Positions 14,218-26,668 of a stretch of 64,000 bases of DNA are shown here, piece by piece. The first letter of the stretch is position 1, and each line of letters begins with the position of its first letter. The stretch is from Camelus dromedarius (lineage: Eukaryota), in NCBI RefSeq assembly GCF_036321535.1, contig NC_087438.1:7752001-7816000 (forward strand). Direction: 5' to 3'. A program made the position numbers and the translations under genes. The notes beneath the pieces were generated by a model. It did no database searches and had not been told where the DNA came from. It saw only the letters and a list, made by a program, of their open reading frames with translations.

Positions 14218-17200
14218 TTTTTAAAAATTGAATTATAATTGAGCTACAGCACTACGTGAGTTCCTGCTGATCTGATGTTTGTATATATTATAACATGATC
14301 ACAACAATAACTCTAGTTCCGTCTGTCACTATACAGTTATTACAATATTATTGACTCTATTGCACATGCTGTACATTTCAACCCTATGATTAGTTTATTT
14401 TGCAACTGGACTTTTCTATCTCTTAACCTCCCTCACCTATTCAGCTCATCCCCACATCCATCTCTCCTCTGGCAACATCCTTTTTGTTCCCTGTATCTAT
14501 GAGTCTCTTTCTGGTTTTTTTATGTTTGTTCTTCTGTTTTGTTTTTTAGATTCTGCATCTAAGTGAAATCATATGGTATCTGTCTATCTCTGACATTTCA
14601 CTTAGCATATCTTCTACATCCATCCATACTGTTGCAAATGGCAGGGTTTTTTAATTATTTTTATGGGCAAGTAATATTCTTTTATATATATATACCACAT
14701 CCTCATTATCCATTCATCTATTGATGAGCACTTAGGGTGTTTCCATGTATTTCCTACTGTAAATAATGCTGCAATGAACACTGAAGTGCATACATCTTTT
14801 CTAATTAGTGTTTTTGCTTTCTTTGAAAAATATCCAGAACTGGAATTACTGGGTTGTATGGTAGTTCTACTTTTAATTTTTTGAGGAACCTCCATACTGT
14901 TTTCCATAGTGACTGCACCAACAGTGCATGAAGGCTCCTTTTTTCCCCATATCCTTGCTGACACTTGTTATTTCTTGTCCTCTTGATAATAGCCATTCTG
15001 ACAGGTGTGAGGTGATATCTCACTGTGGTTTTGATTTGCATTTCCCTGATGATTAATGATGTTGAGCATCTTTTCACGTGTCTGTTGGCCATCTGTATGG
15101 CTTCTTTGGAAAAATGCCTATTCAGGTCCTATGCCTAGTTTTTAATTGGGTTGAGTTTTTTTTTTTTTTTTTGATATTGAGTTGTATGAGCTGTTTATAT
15201 ATTTTGGATATAAATCCCTTATTGGTCATATCATTTACAAATATTTTCTTCCATTCAGTAGGTTGCCTTTTCATTTTGTCTGTAGTTTCCTTTGCTGTGT
15301 AAAGGCTTTTAGGTTTAATTAGGTCCCATTTGTTTATTTTTGCTTTAGTTTCCTTTGCTTGAGAAGATACAACCCCTAAATATTGCTACAACTTACAAAC
15401 AAAGAGTGTTCTGCCTGTGTTTTCTGCTAGTAGTTTTAGGTTTCTGGTCTTGCATTTAGATCTTTAATGAATTTTGAGCTTAGTTTTGTATATGGCATGA
15501 AAAAGTAGTCCAGTTTGAGTCTTTAGCACATAGCTGTCCAGTTAGTTTTCCGAACACCATTTATGGAAGAGGCTGTCTTTCCCCCATTATATATTCTTGC
15601 CTCTCTTGTCGTAGATCAATTGCCCATACGTGCGTGGGTTTATTTTTAGTCTCTCTATTCTGTTCCATTGATCTATGTGTCTTTTTGCGTCAGTACCATA
15701 CTGTTTTGATTACTGTAACTTTGTAGTATAGCCTGATGACAGGGTGTGTAATACCTCCAGCTTTGTCCTTTATTCTCAAGATAGCTTGGGCTTTGGGGAT
15801 CTTTTTGTAGCTCCACATAAATTTAAGTATTATTTGTTCTAGTTCTGTTAAAAATATTGTGGGTATTTTCTTAGGGATTGCATTAAATCTGTAGATTGCT
15901 TTGTATGAATTCTTCCAATCCATGAACACAAGATGTCTTTCCATTTCCCTGTATTATCTTCAGTTTCCTCCATCAGTTTTATAAATTTCAGAGCACAGGT
16001 CTTTCACCTCCTTGGTTAAGTTTATTCCTAGGTGTTTTATACGTGTTGATGTGACTTTAAATGGGATTATTTTCTTGATTTCTGATATTTCATTATTAGT
16101 GTATAGAAAAGCAGCAGACCTGGTATATTAATCTTTATTACTTCTAACAGTTTTGGGGTGGGGCTTTTAGGGTTTTCTATATATAGTATTATGTCATCTG
16201 CAAGTAGTGACCATTTACATCTTCCCTTCCAATCTGAATGCTTTCTATTTCTTTTTCTTGTTGAGTGCTGTGGCTAAGGCTTCCAATACTATGTTGGATA
16301 GAAGTGGTAAGAGTGGGCATCTTTGTTTTGTTCCTGATTTTAGAGGAAAAATTTTCAGCTTTTCACCATTGAGTATCATATTACCTGTGGGTATATACCC
16401 ACTTTGATGAACGGTTTTATCATAAATGGATGTTGAATTTTTTTGAATGCTTTTTCTGTGTCTATTGAGGCGATTGTATGCTTTTTATCCTTCATTTTGT
16501 TAACATGGTGTATCACGTTGATTAATTTGTTGAACCATCCTTGCATTCCTGCGATAAATCCCACCTGACTGTGGTGTATGATTCTTTTTATATATTGTTG
16601 AATTTGGTTTGCTTATATTTTGTTGAGGATTTCTGCATCTAAATTCATTAGATATACTGGCCAGTAATTTTCTTTCTTTCTTTCTCTCTCTCTCTTTCTC
16701 TCTCTTTTTTTTTTTTTTTTTTTTTTGGTATCTTTTCTGGTTTTGGTATCAGGGTAAGAGTAGCTCACAGAATGAATCTGGGAGTGTTCCATCTTTTTCA
16801 TGTTTTGGAATAATTTGAGAAGGATAAGTATCAGCTCTTCTTCATATATTTGGTAGAATTCCACTGTGAAACAGTCCTGGACTGTTGTTTGCTGGGAATT
16901 TTCTGATTATTGATTCAGTTTCACTACTAGTGATTGGCCTGTTCAGATGATCTATTTCATACTGATTCAGTTTCAGAAGACTGTATGTTTCCAGGAATTT
17001 ATGCATTTCATCTAGGTTTTCCAATTTGTTGGCGTATACTGTTTGTTAGTATTCTCTTATGATTTTCTGTATCCTGATGTCATTGGTGGTACTTTTCCCT
17101 CTTTCATTTCTTATTTCATTTATTTGGCCACTTTCTCTTTCTTAATGGGCCTAGTTAAAGGCTTGTCATTTTATTTATCTTTTCAAAAAAACAGCTCTTG

Positions 17201-20200
17201 GTTTCATTAATCTTTTCTCGTTTTTATTTTATTTATTTCTGCTCTGATCTTTATTATTTCCCTCCTTCTGCTGACTTTGGGCTTTGTTCATTATTCTTTT
17301 CCTAATTCCTTTACATGGTAGGTTAGATTATTTATTTGATATTATTCTTATTTCTTGAGGTAAGCTTGTATCACTATAAACCTCCCTCTTAGAACTGCTT
17401 CTGCTGCATCCCATAGATTTTGGAAGTTGTGCTTTTAAGTTTTTAAGTTCATTTGTCTTGGGATATTTTCTGGTTCCTTTTTTGATTTCTTTCTTGACTG
17501 TTTGGCTTTTTAGCAGCATGTTATTTAGTCTCCACGTGTTTGTTTTCCCCATTTTTCTTTCTGCAATTAATTTCTAGTTTCATAGTGTTGTGGTTGGAAA
17601 AGATACTTGATACAATTTCTATCCTTTTAAATATGTTGAGATGTATTTTGTAGCCTAGCATGTAATCTATGTGCACTTGAAAAGAACATTTATTCTGCTT
17701 TTTTGGGATTGAATGTCCTGTAGATATCTATTAAGTCCAACTGGTCTAATGTGTCACTTAAGGCCACTCTTTTCTTACTGATTTTCTGTCTGGATGATCT
17801 GTCCATTGATGTAAATGAGGTGTTCAAGTCCCCTATTATTATTGTATTATTGTCTATTTCTCCCTTTAAGTCTAGTAATACTTACTTTATATAATTAGGT
17901 GCTCCTTTATTGGGTGCATATATGTTAATGAATGTTATATCCTCTTCTTGTGTTGATCCCTTTATCATTATATAATGCCCTCCTTTGTCTTTTGTTACAG
18001 ACATTGTTTTAAAGTCTACTTTGTCTGATATAAGTATTGCTATCCCAGCTTTCCTTTCATTTCCATTTGCAAGGAATATCTTTTCTATCCTCTCACTTTG
18101 TCTCTGTGTGCTGTTACCTCTAATGTGAGGTTTTTGTAGGCAGCATATAGAAGATTTTTTTCTTTAATCCTATCAGCCACTCTGTATCTTTTGATTGGAA
18201 CAATTAGTCTATTGACATGTAAAGTGATTATTGTTAGGTATGTACTTATTGCCAATTGTTACTTGTTTACTGGTTGTTTTCATAGGTCTTCTGTGTTCTT
18301 TTACTCTTCTTGTAGTCACTTCTCTTGTGGTTTAATGATATTCTTCAGTACTATGTTTGTATTCCTTTCTGTCTAGTTTTTGTGTATTTATTGTGGGTTT
18401 TTGGTAAGTGGTTACCATGTGGTTCATATATGTTGACCTATAACTATATCTACTTGTTTTAAATTGATATTCACTTAAGCTCAAACACATTCTAAATGAT
18501 TTACATTTTTTACTCCCTTCACCCATGTTTGATGTTTTTGATGTTATATTTTACATTTTCATGACTGTTCCTTAAATGTTCATTGTAGTTACAGTTGATT
18601 TCAAAATTTTTGTCTTTTAATCTTTGTACTGGCTTATTTAAGTAGTTGATCCTCAGTCCTTTCTATGTATTTGCCTTTCCTAGTCAGATTTTCCTTTTCC
18701 TATAGATTCCAACTTCTTTTCCACTTAGAGAAGACCCTTTATCATTTCTTTTATTATAGGTTTAGTACTGATGAACTCTTTTAGCTTTTGCTTGTCTGAG
18801 AAGTTCTTTATCTCTCCTTCTGTCTAAATGATAACTGTGCTGTGCAGAGTATCCTCTGTTGTAGGTTTTTTCCTTTCAGTACTTTAAATACATCATGCTA
18901 CCTTCCTTCTGGCCTGCAAGGTTTCTGCAGAAAAATCAGTTGATAGCCTTATGGGAGTTCCCTTGTATGTGACTCTTTTTCTATTGCTGCTTTTAGAATT
19001 CTCTCTTTAACTTTAACCACTTTGACTATGATATGCCTTGGTGTGGGTCCCTTTGGGTTTATCTTGTTTGGGACTCTCTGTGATTCCTGTATTTGGATTT
19101 GTTTCCTTCATCAGTTTTGGGAAGTTTTCAGCCATAGTTTCTTCAAATACATTTTCTACCCCTTTATCTCTCTCCTCCTCCTGGGACCCCTGCAATGCAA
19201 ATGTTAGTATGCTTGATGTTGTCTCACAGGTCACTTAAAACTATCCTCATTTAAAAATTTTGTTTTTCTTTTTGCTGTTCTGATTGGGTGATTTCCATTT
19301 TTCTATCTTCCAGATCACTTAAGCATTCTTCTGTATCATCTAGTCTACTGTTATTTCCTTCCAGTATATTTTTCATTTCAGTTATTATTTTCCTCACATC
19401 TGACTGGTTATTTTTTATATTTTCTAGTTCCTTGTTAAATTTCTTGCTGTGTTCATCTATTCTCTTCCCATGTTCAGTTAGCATTCTTATTACTATTGCT
19501 TTGAACTCTTTATGTGGTAAATTATTTATCTCTTTTTCATTAGGGTATTTTAAGGGTCTTTTCTTGTGCTTTCACTTGAAACATATTCTTCTGTCTTCAT
19601 TTTGTTTAGCTTTCTCTGTCTCTATGAGATTAGATTAAACAGTTACCTTTCCTGGTCTTGGGTGGGAGCATCCCTATGTAATCTGCATGTATTCAGTGGA
19701 TTTGGTGGGAGAGCTGTATCTGAAGTGAGCATGGATCACTTCTTCCCCTGGGGTGTGCTGGCAGCTACCACCTTGTTGGGAGGTATGGCTGGAGATGGAA
19801 GAATCAGAGCCAGAGCCATGTGTGAACCAGGGCTTCTCCTGTGCTCAGTGGTGGTTTCCACCCTATCAGGGGCTGGGCCCAGGCCCAAAAGTTCCATTCC
19901 CTCTGAGTGTGCCCACTCTCTTTGGCAATGGTGGCCTCTACCCTAGTGGAGAGCAGTGCTGGAGCAAGAGGGACTGGAGCAGGTGGCCAGTATGGGCTGG
20001 GGTACACTCTGTGACAGTTCCAGTGAGCTGGTCAGAGCCCCAGATGGTCTTCAATCTGTTGCCTCTGTGTTTATGCTGTTAATGGCTGCCTTTGCTCTGT
20101 TCACAGGCAGGGTCAGGTCTGAGCTGGCTCCATTCTAAGTGTGTGTACTCTTCTTGGCAACGGCACCTTCACTCTAGTGGAGAGCAGCACTGGAGCAAGA

Positions 20201-20898
20201 GGGGCTGGCACAGGTTCCCAGTGTGGGCTGTGGTGGCCTTGGGAAACCAGTAAGAGCCCCAGTTTTCAAGCTGTTTCCGCTAGCTGTTCCCAGGAGTAAG
20301 CAAGTTTGTGCATGTGATATTTTTCTTTTTTTTCCACTTTTAAATTCAAACAATTTTTTTTTACCCCATGTATCAGGGTTGTTGCATTGCCCTTGAAAGG
20401 TCAAAGTAGTCACAGTGCCCTGGAACATTCTTGTGGTAGACAGAAAAATTACCTGCCCAGGACTGTGGCCAGGTGCAGAGTGAGTCTGCGAGTACACATG
20501 CTCTTAACAAGCAAAGTCTCAATTTCTTACAGCCCTCCTGTAAGTCCCACTAGTGTTTGAACCAGCGAAGGGGACTTGTCTTCCCAGTGTCAGATCCCAG
20601 GCCTGGAGTGCCCCATATGTGGCTCAAACCCATCATTCCCCAGAGAGGATCCCTGAGGCTGTGATATCTCTCTCCTCTTCTGTGTCCCTTGCTAAGGGGA
20701 CAGTTCCTGACCCGATCACATCTCCTCCCTTCCTATCAGACTCTGTGTGTATCTTTCTCTACAGAGTTGGTTGTAAAAGCCTTTCTGCCTGTCTCCAGGT
20801 TGTTTTCAGTGAGAGCTGTTCCACATGTAGATGTTTTAATGTGTTTATGGGTGGAGGTGAGTTCAGTGTCTTCCTACTCCACTATCCTTATCTCCCTC
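14218..20898 (-). mobile_element. Near-full-length decayed L1 (3'UTR, ORF2, ORF1, 5'UTR), same orientation as CTNND2
   Basis: Collinear fragmented L1 ORFs: ORF2 C-terminus (14614-15092), RT-region pieces (15690-17024; [24 protein letters not shown]), endonuclease end (NTWRLNNMLL, about 17500) and ORF1 coiled coil (19013-19484). GC-rich 5'UTR whose 5' terminus reads 'ggagggagataaggatagtggagtaggaagac' on the minus strand. Confidence 0.92.
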
Positions 20899-22700
20899 CT
20901 TCACATTTAGTATTTTTGACTTCATATTTTATATCTTTTTTGTTTTGTGTATCCCTTAACTACTTATTATGATTTTACTATCTTTGTTTTTTAACCTTCT
21001 TACTAGCTTTATAAGTAGTTTATCTCTACAGTTACTGTATATTTGCCTTTATCAGTGAGATTTTTCCTTCGGTAATGTTCGTATTTCTAGCTGTGGTCTT
21101 TTCTTTTCCACTTAGAGATGTCCTGTTGACATTTCTTATAAAGCCAGTTTAGTAGTGCTGAATTCTTTTGGCTTTTGGCTTTTGGCTTTAAAACTCTTTC
21201 TCTTTCCATCAAATCTGAATGACAGCCTTGGTGGGCAGAGTATTCTTGGTTTGTTGAAGTTTTTTTTCCTTTCATTGCTTTGAATATATCATGCCACTCC
21301 CTTCTGGCCTGCAAAATTTCTGCTGAAAAGTCATCTGAGAGTCTAATGGGAATTCTTTTGCATTTAATTAGTTGCTTTCCCCTGCTGCTTTTAAGATTCT
21401 CTCTTTATCCTTAATTTTTGCCATCTTAATTACAGTGTATCTAAGTGTGGACATCTTGGGGTTCATCTTGTTTGGGACTCTGTTGACTTCCTGGATCAGG
21501 ATGTCTGTTTTCTTTCCCAGGCTAGGGAAGTTTCAGCTATTATTCCTTCGAATAAGTTCCTCACCCCTTTCTCTCTCCTCTCTTTTCCTTCTGGACCCAT
21601 ACAATGCGAATGTTACTATGCTTGATGTTGTTCCAAAGGTATCTTAAACTATCCTCATTTTAAAAATTTCTTTGATCTCTTCAGCTCAGATGATTTCCAT
21701 TACCCTGTCTTCAAGTTTGCTGATCCACTCTTCTGTATCATCGAATTTACTGTTGATTCTTTCTAGTGTATTTTTATTTCAGTTACTGTATTCTTCAGGT
21801 GTATTTGGTTCTTCTTTATATTTTCTAATGTTTGTTAAAGGTCTCACTGTGTTCATCCATTCTTCTCCTGAGCATCCTTATAATCATTATCTTGAACTCT
21901 TTGTTGGGTAGATTGTTTATCTCCACTTAGTTCTTCTTCCAGGGTTTTATTTTGTTCTTTTATTTGGAACATATTCCTCTGTCATCTCATTTTGCTTACT
22001 TCTCTGTTTTCATTTCCATGTATCAAGTAGGTCTGTTACATTTCTTGATCTTGGAGGAGTTGCCTTATGTAAGAGTTGTCCTGTGGGGCCCAGCAACACA
22101 CTCTTCCTCTGAACACCAGACATATATGCTCTAGGGGCACACACTTTGTGAGCTGTGTGGGCCCTTCTTTTGTAGTGGGGCTGACTACTGTGGTGTGTTG
22201 GTAGGTGGGGCTGATCCCTGGCCTGGCTGGCTGCCAGGCACTGCCTGGTGTGGAGGCTGCTGGCCTGCTGGGGGTGGGGCTATGCCCTGGCACAGCTGGC
22301 TGGTCCTCCCAGGACTGGGGCGGGCTGGATGGTAGGCAAGTCAGCCTCTGGCACTAATAGACTGAGGGAGGACTCCAAAATCATGCTTGCTAGCTCCAGT
22401 GTCCTTGTGGGAGAACTAGCTCCCCAAAATGGCTGCTGCTAGCATCTCTGCCCTCAAGGGGATTCTCAGTTGCCTCTTGCCTCCCTGAGAGGCTCTCCAA
22501 GATCAGTAAGTGGGTCTGACCGAGGCTATTCTCAAATGACTGCCTCTGTGCTCAGTTTCAGAGTGCGTGAGATTTTGCGTGAGCCTTTTAAGAGCAGAGT
22601 CTGTTTCCTACAGCCTCCGGCTCTCCCATCTGGGGGTTTGTCTTCCTGGTGCTGGAGAGCCTGAGGCTCCTTGGGGAGAACCTTTGCAGCCGTGATTATC
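20899..22700 (-). mobile_element. Second L1 5' module (ORF1 and partial 5'UTR), diverged from the first
   Basis: ORF1 remnant QARREWHDIFKAMK (21087-21314). Region 20900-21950 is homologous to but diverged from 18530-19600, and the GC-rich UTR (22050-22700) differs. Confidence 0.85.
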
Positions 22701-25574
22701 CTCACATGCTGTTCTTATATAATCAACGATGAACAAGGATTAAATGCTATGTTTTGCTGTGTTTATCACTGCTAGCTAGATATACGTCTATGACAAAAGT
22801 CAAGCAACTCTAGAGGAACATATATTATTCAGCAGCGATAATAGAGTTGAAACATATTTAGTATGCAAAAATTCCTCTGATACAGTGTAATTTTTTTTGT
22901 ACTTCTTGCTTAGTTACAAAATAGAGAGAGACTGTGAATGTGTAATGAATAGCAGCTTTTAACCTCTCAGTTAAAATGCCAATACATCACAGTGTTATAA
23001 AAACTTATGAAGGTCAAAGAAACATTACTTTGTTCTTAGACTTTCATTTTGATTCATCCACTAGACCGGTACCATGCAACGTCTACTTGAAAAACTATAA
23101 CTTTTGATTGAAGGACTTGAACAATTGAGTGCTTCTAACGTGACAAGTGTTTATAACCTCAGCCACAAAACACAATTCCTTACTGACAAGTAACAGTTGA
23201 GATTGTTAATGGCTTTTCTGTTTTAAGACAAAATACGGTGACACATTCAACCCTGTTTCCTATATAACTATTAAAATTTGAAAAAACTCAAATGTACTTT
23301 TGAAATAGATGGACATGACAAAATGTTCATAATGGGTGTTTAAAATCATGTGAAAAGAATAAGTTATCAAGACTTCAAACTAGTAAGTATAATACTTCTA
23401 TGAGTCATGAACGATTACACAATGTCTGATCTTCACCAGAGTTGTCAAACTAGGGGTGGCTGAGAATTTCAGTTGGTGCAATTCACTGTGGGTGTTCAGC
23501 AGGGCTATTTCAGCATCAGGATTCAGAACAACAGTTCCAATGGTTGTATTGGCAAGACATGGTGAATTACATGGTTCAAACACACTGTGATTGGCAACTT
23601 GCCAGACTGACTCACTATCATGGCTTCTTTAAGCTTGTGTGTATATAGAAATAAAACATATAAATACCTAAAATGGAGAATCATAGCTACACATGTTTTT
23701 TCATCTGTGTTTTCTCATGCTATTGCAAATTAAAAGTTTGAATAATTTTGGAGGGGGGAAGGCAAGTTTGCAAGCATTTTATAAAGTAACTAGAGCAAAC
23801 TGATACTCCTCCCTTTTCAATGATTAAATCAACTCCAATTCTGAAAACTCTATTTTCCATAAAGCATTCCTGTTTTATTAAAATATGTCTGGAAGGCCAT
23901 GGGACTCTCAGTGCTACCAGCATGACAGATTTGAGTGACAAATGGTGAGTTTGGCGCTAAGATCCAGAGAAATTCTTCTGGATTCATTCTGTTTTAAGAG
24001 CAGTGCTTTAAGAAAAGCAATAATCACACTGAAGTGTAGGTGGGAGATGAAGATATCCCCAGTCATAAAATCTTTGTTTTGATCCCCAAATTAGTCATTA
24101 TATAGAAAAGAGATAAACCACATAAAAGAATGGATGAGACTGATGAAGCAGTAGAACTGTATCTGGGAAGATGCTTGACTCAAACCAGTTCAATACTTCT
24201 TATTAATAAATCCATAAATCCAGACTGTTAACAATGGGGGAAAAAAGATAAAGGAAAAAAAGGTATGAAAGAAGTAACTATTCCATAAAGAAATTTTCAG
24301 TCAATTTAAAGGACTTTTATGAGATTATCTGTAGTGAAAGGAACTTCCCATTAACAGTAATCCAAATGGGAACAGACTTAAAAGGACCATTTTTTGGATT
24401 GGCAACGTGGATATATACTATTTCATAGATGGTTTCCTCAAGTGAGTTTTTAATTTGTTTAACCAAATAATTTTCTTTGACCATGAGACTGAAAAAGAAC
24501 ATCTTTTCTCTTTAAGGCTCATTTTGTGATGCTTACTGTAATAGGGACGGTCACACAGTTGGAAGGAATTAATATGTGCCAAGCCACCTCCCAAAGCTCT
24601 ATAGTCTTACAATTCAGAGAATATACTTTATTCTTTGAACGTCTCATGACTGTAGATAAATATACCAGAGTGTTTTTGTGGATTATAGTTTTATTGTGTG
24701 TGCATGTGTGTTTGCTTAAGAAAAGCATCAACATACTAACTCTTAATGCTCAAAACAGGGAAGCATTTCAGTTAGAGATTCCACAGGTCTTCTCAAGCTA
24801 TATAAATAAGAAAACTATGTGGTTTCCTGCCTATGTAGAAGAGCATGTTATTGTAAGTACAGTTTTATAAGGTATACTTCTAGCCAACAGTCTACACTGC
24901 ACAATTATTACATGGGTCCAGTGGGGCTTCCCTACTTGATATAGAAAAGTATTCGGATCCCAATACTGAATTGTTGATTGAGCCTATTTGGAGGTCTCAG
25001 GGCGCTTAAAAAGAAGCCCTGAGATTCCTTTTGTAATGCAATGCTAATACCCTGAATTAAATGAAATGTGAGTATTTCCAAAAAGTCCCAAAGTGCATCG
25101 CTCACAGCCTTTAATAACGAAAAAAAATTATTTAGCATTTAGATGTAAAGGAATAAGGGGGGCAGAGAATGAAAAGTCAAGAAGTAGACCCTTGATAACA
25201 AAAGGTTTACCCTTTTAATCTTATTTGATTACATTGAGGAACTTCCAGGAGACGAAGTTTAATTAAGGTTAGTGAATGTGAAATTGACAGCTCGCTGATA
25301 CACTGACACTCTGGCTTGTGAAGATATGTTTTGGTTGCGTACAGTTAAGATAGCACTGATTCTTCAATCAAACCTGGGACATTCCTCTTCGTGGTGGTGT
25401 GGTTACTTTGACAGGACCCTCATCTCTCTTTATTCCGTTAGCATAAAAGCCCTCCTTCCTCTCTGCCCATCATTCCCTCTGCCTACAAAATTTCTATTCA
25501 GCCTTCAGGGTTTGATTAATACTTGTTCCAGGAAGTATTTTAAGACAGCCCCTCCCTCAGTTTTGGATTGGAAA

Positions 25575-25670
25575 GCATGGGCATAGTGACTTGTTAAATG
25601 ATCCGTCCCATACGCACAGGTGGTGAGGGAGGGTGCTGGGTTAGCACCGAGTTCCCTCTGACTCCACACA
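25575..25670 (-). mobile_element. MIR-like fragment
   Basis: 'gttaaatgatccgtccca..cacaggtggtgagggagggtgctgggttagcacc...tctgactcca'. Confidence 0.5.
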
Positions 25671-26091
25671 CCCCCTGTGTGATGACTCGCTGGGCAGAAC
25701 AAAAGGATGTAGATACACCGTCAACACTTGGACTTGTAACCACTGAGGAACAACCGCCACAAAATACCTTCATGTATCCAGGTTGCCTCTCCCACACTGG
25801 AGGAACACACTAGTCACTAGACTGGACGCTGGATTGGCAAGTCTATCTTACCAACATCACAGGAGCCACCAAGTCATGAGTTATTTCTCAAATCAAAATT
25901 ATCAGTAAAATCAGCTTTCCTTGTGCAGTGGGATGACTGGAAAGCATCTGCTGTTCTCCTCCTCTCGATTATGCAAGGGCTTTCCAGCGGTGTTCAATAG
26001 TGTTATCCGTAACCAGGGGACGTCAGGGGCACACTTAGGACCAATTCTACCAAAACCAATTCTATGTGACACGCTGTCACCGGCTGACTTA

Positions 26092-26668
<577 letters not shown>

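Noticed and set aside
14614..19484. Active L1 or domesticated reverse transcriptase gene
   Set aside because: ORF1 and ORF2 are broken into many short frames with stops, frameshifts and deletions.
23398..23583. Possible extra CTNND2 cassette exon (61-aa minus-strand ORF)
   Set aside because: No convincing splice-site pair, and the two real exons already join in phase into continuous delta-catenin sequence.
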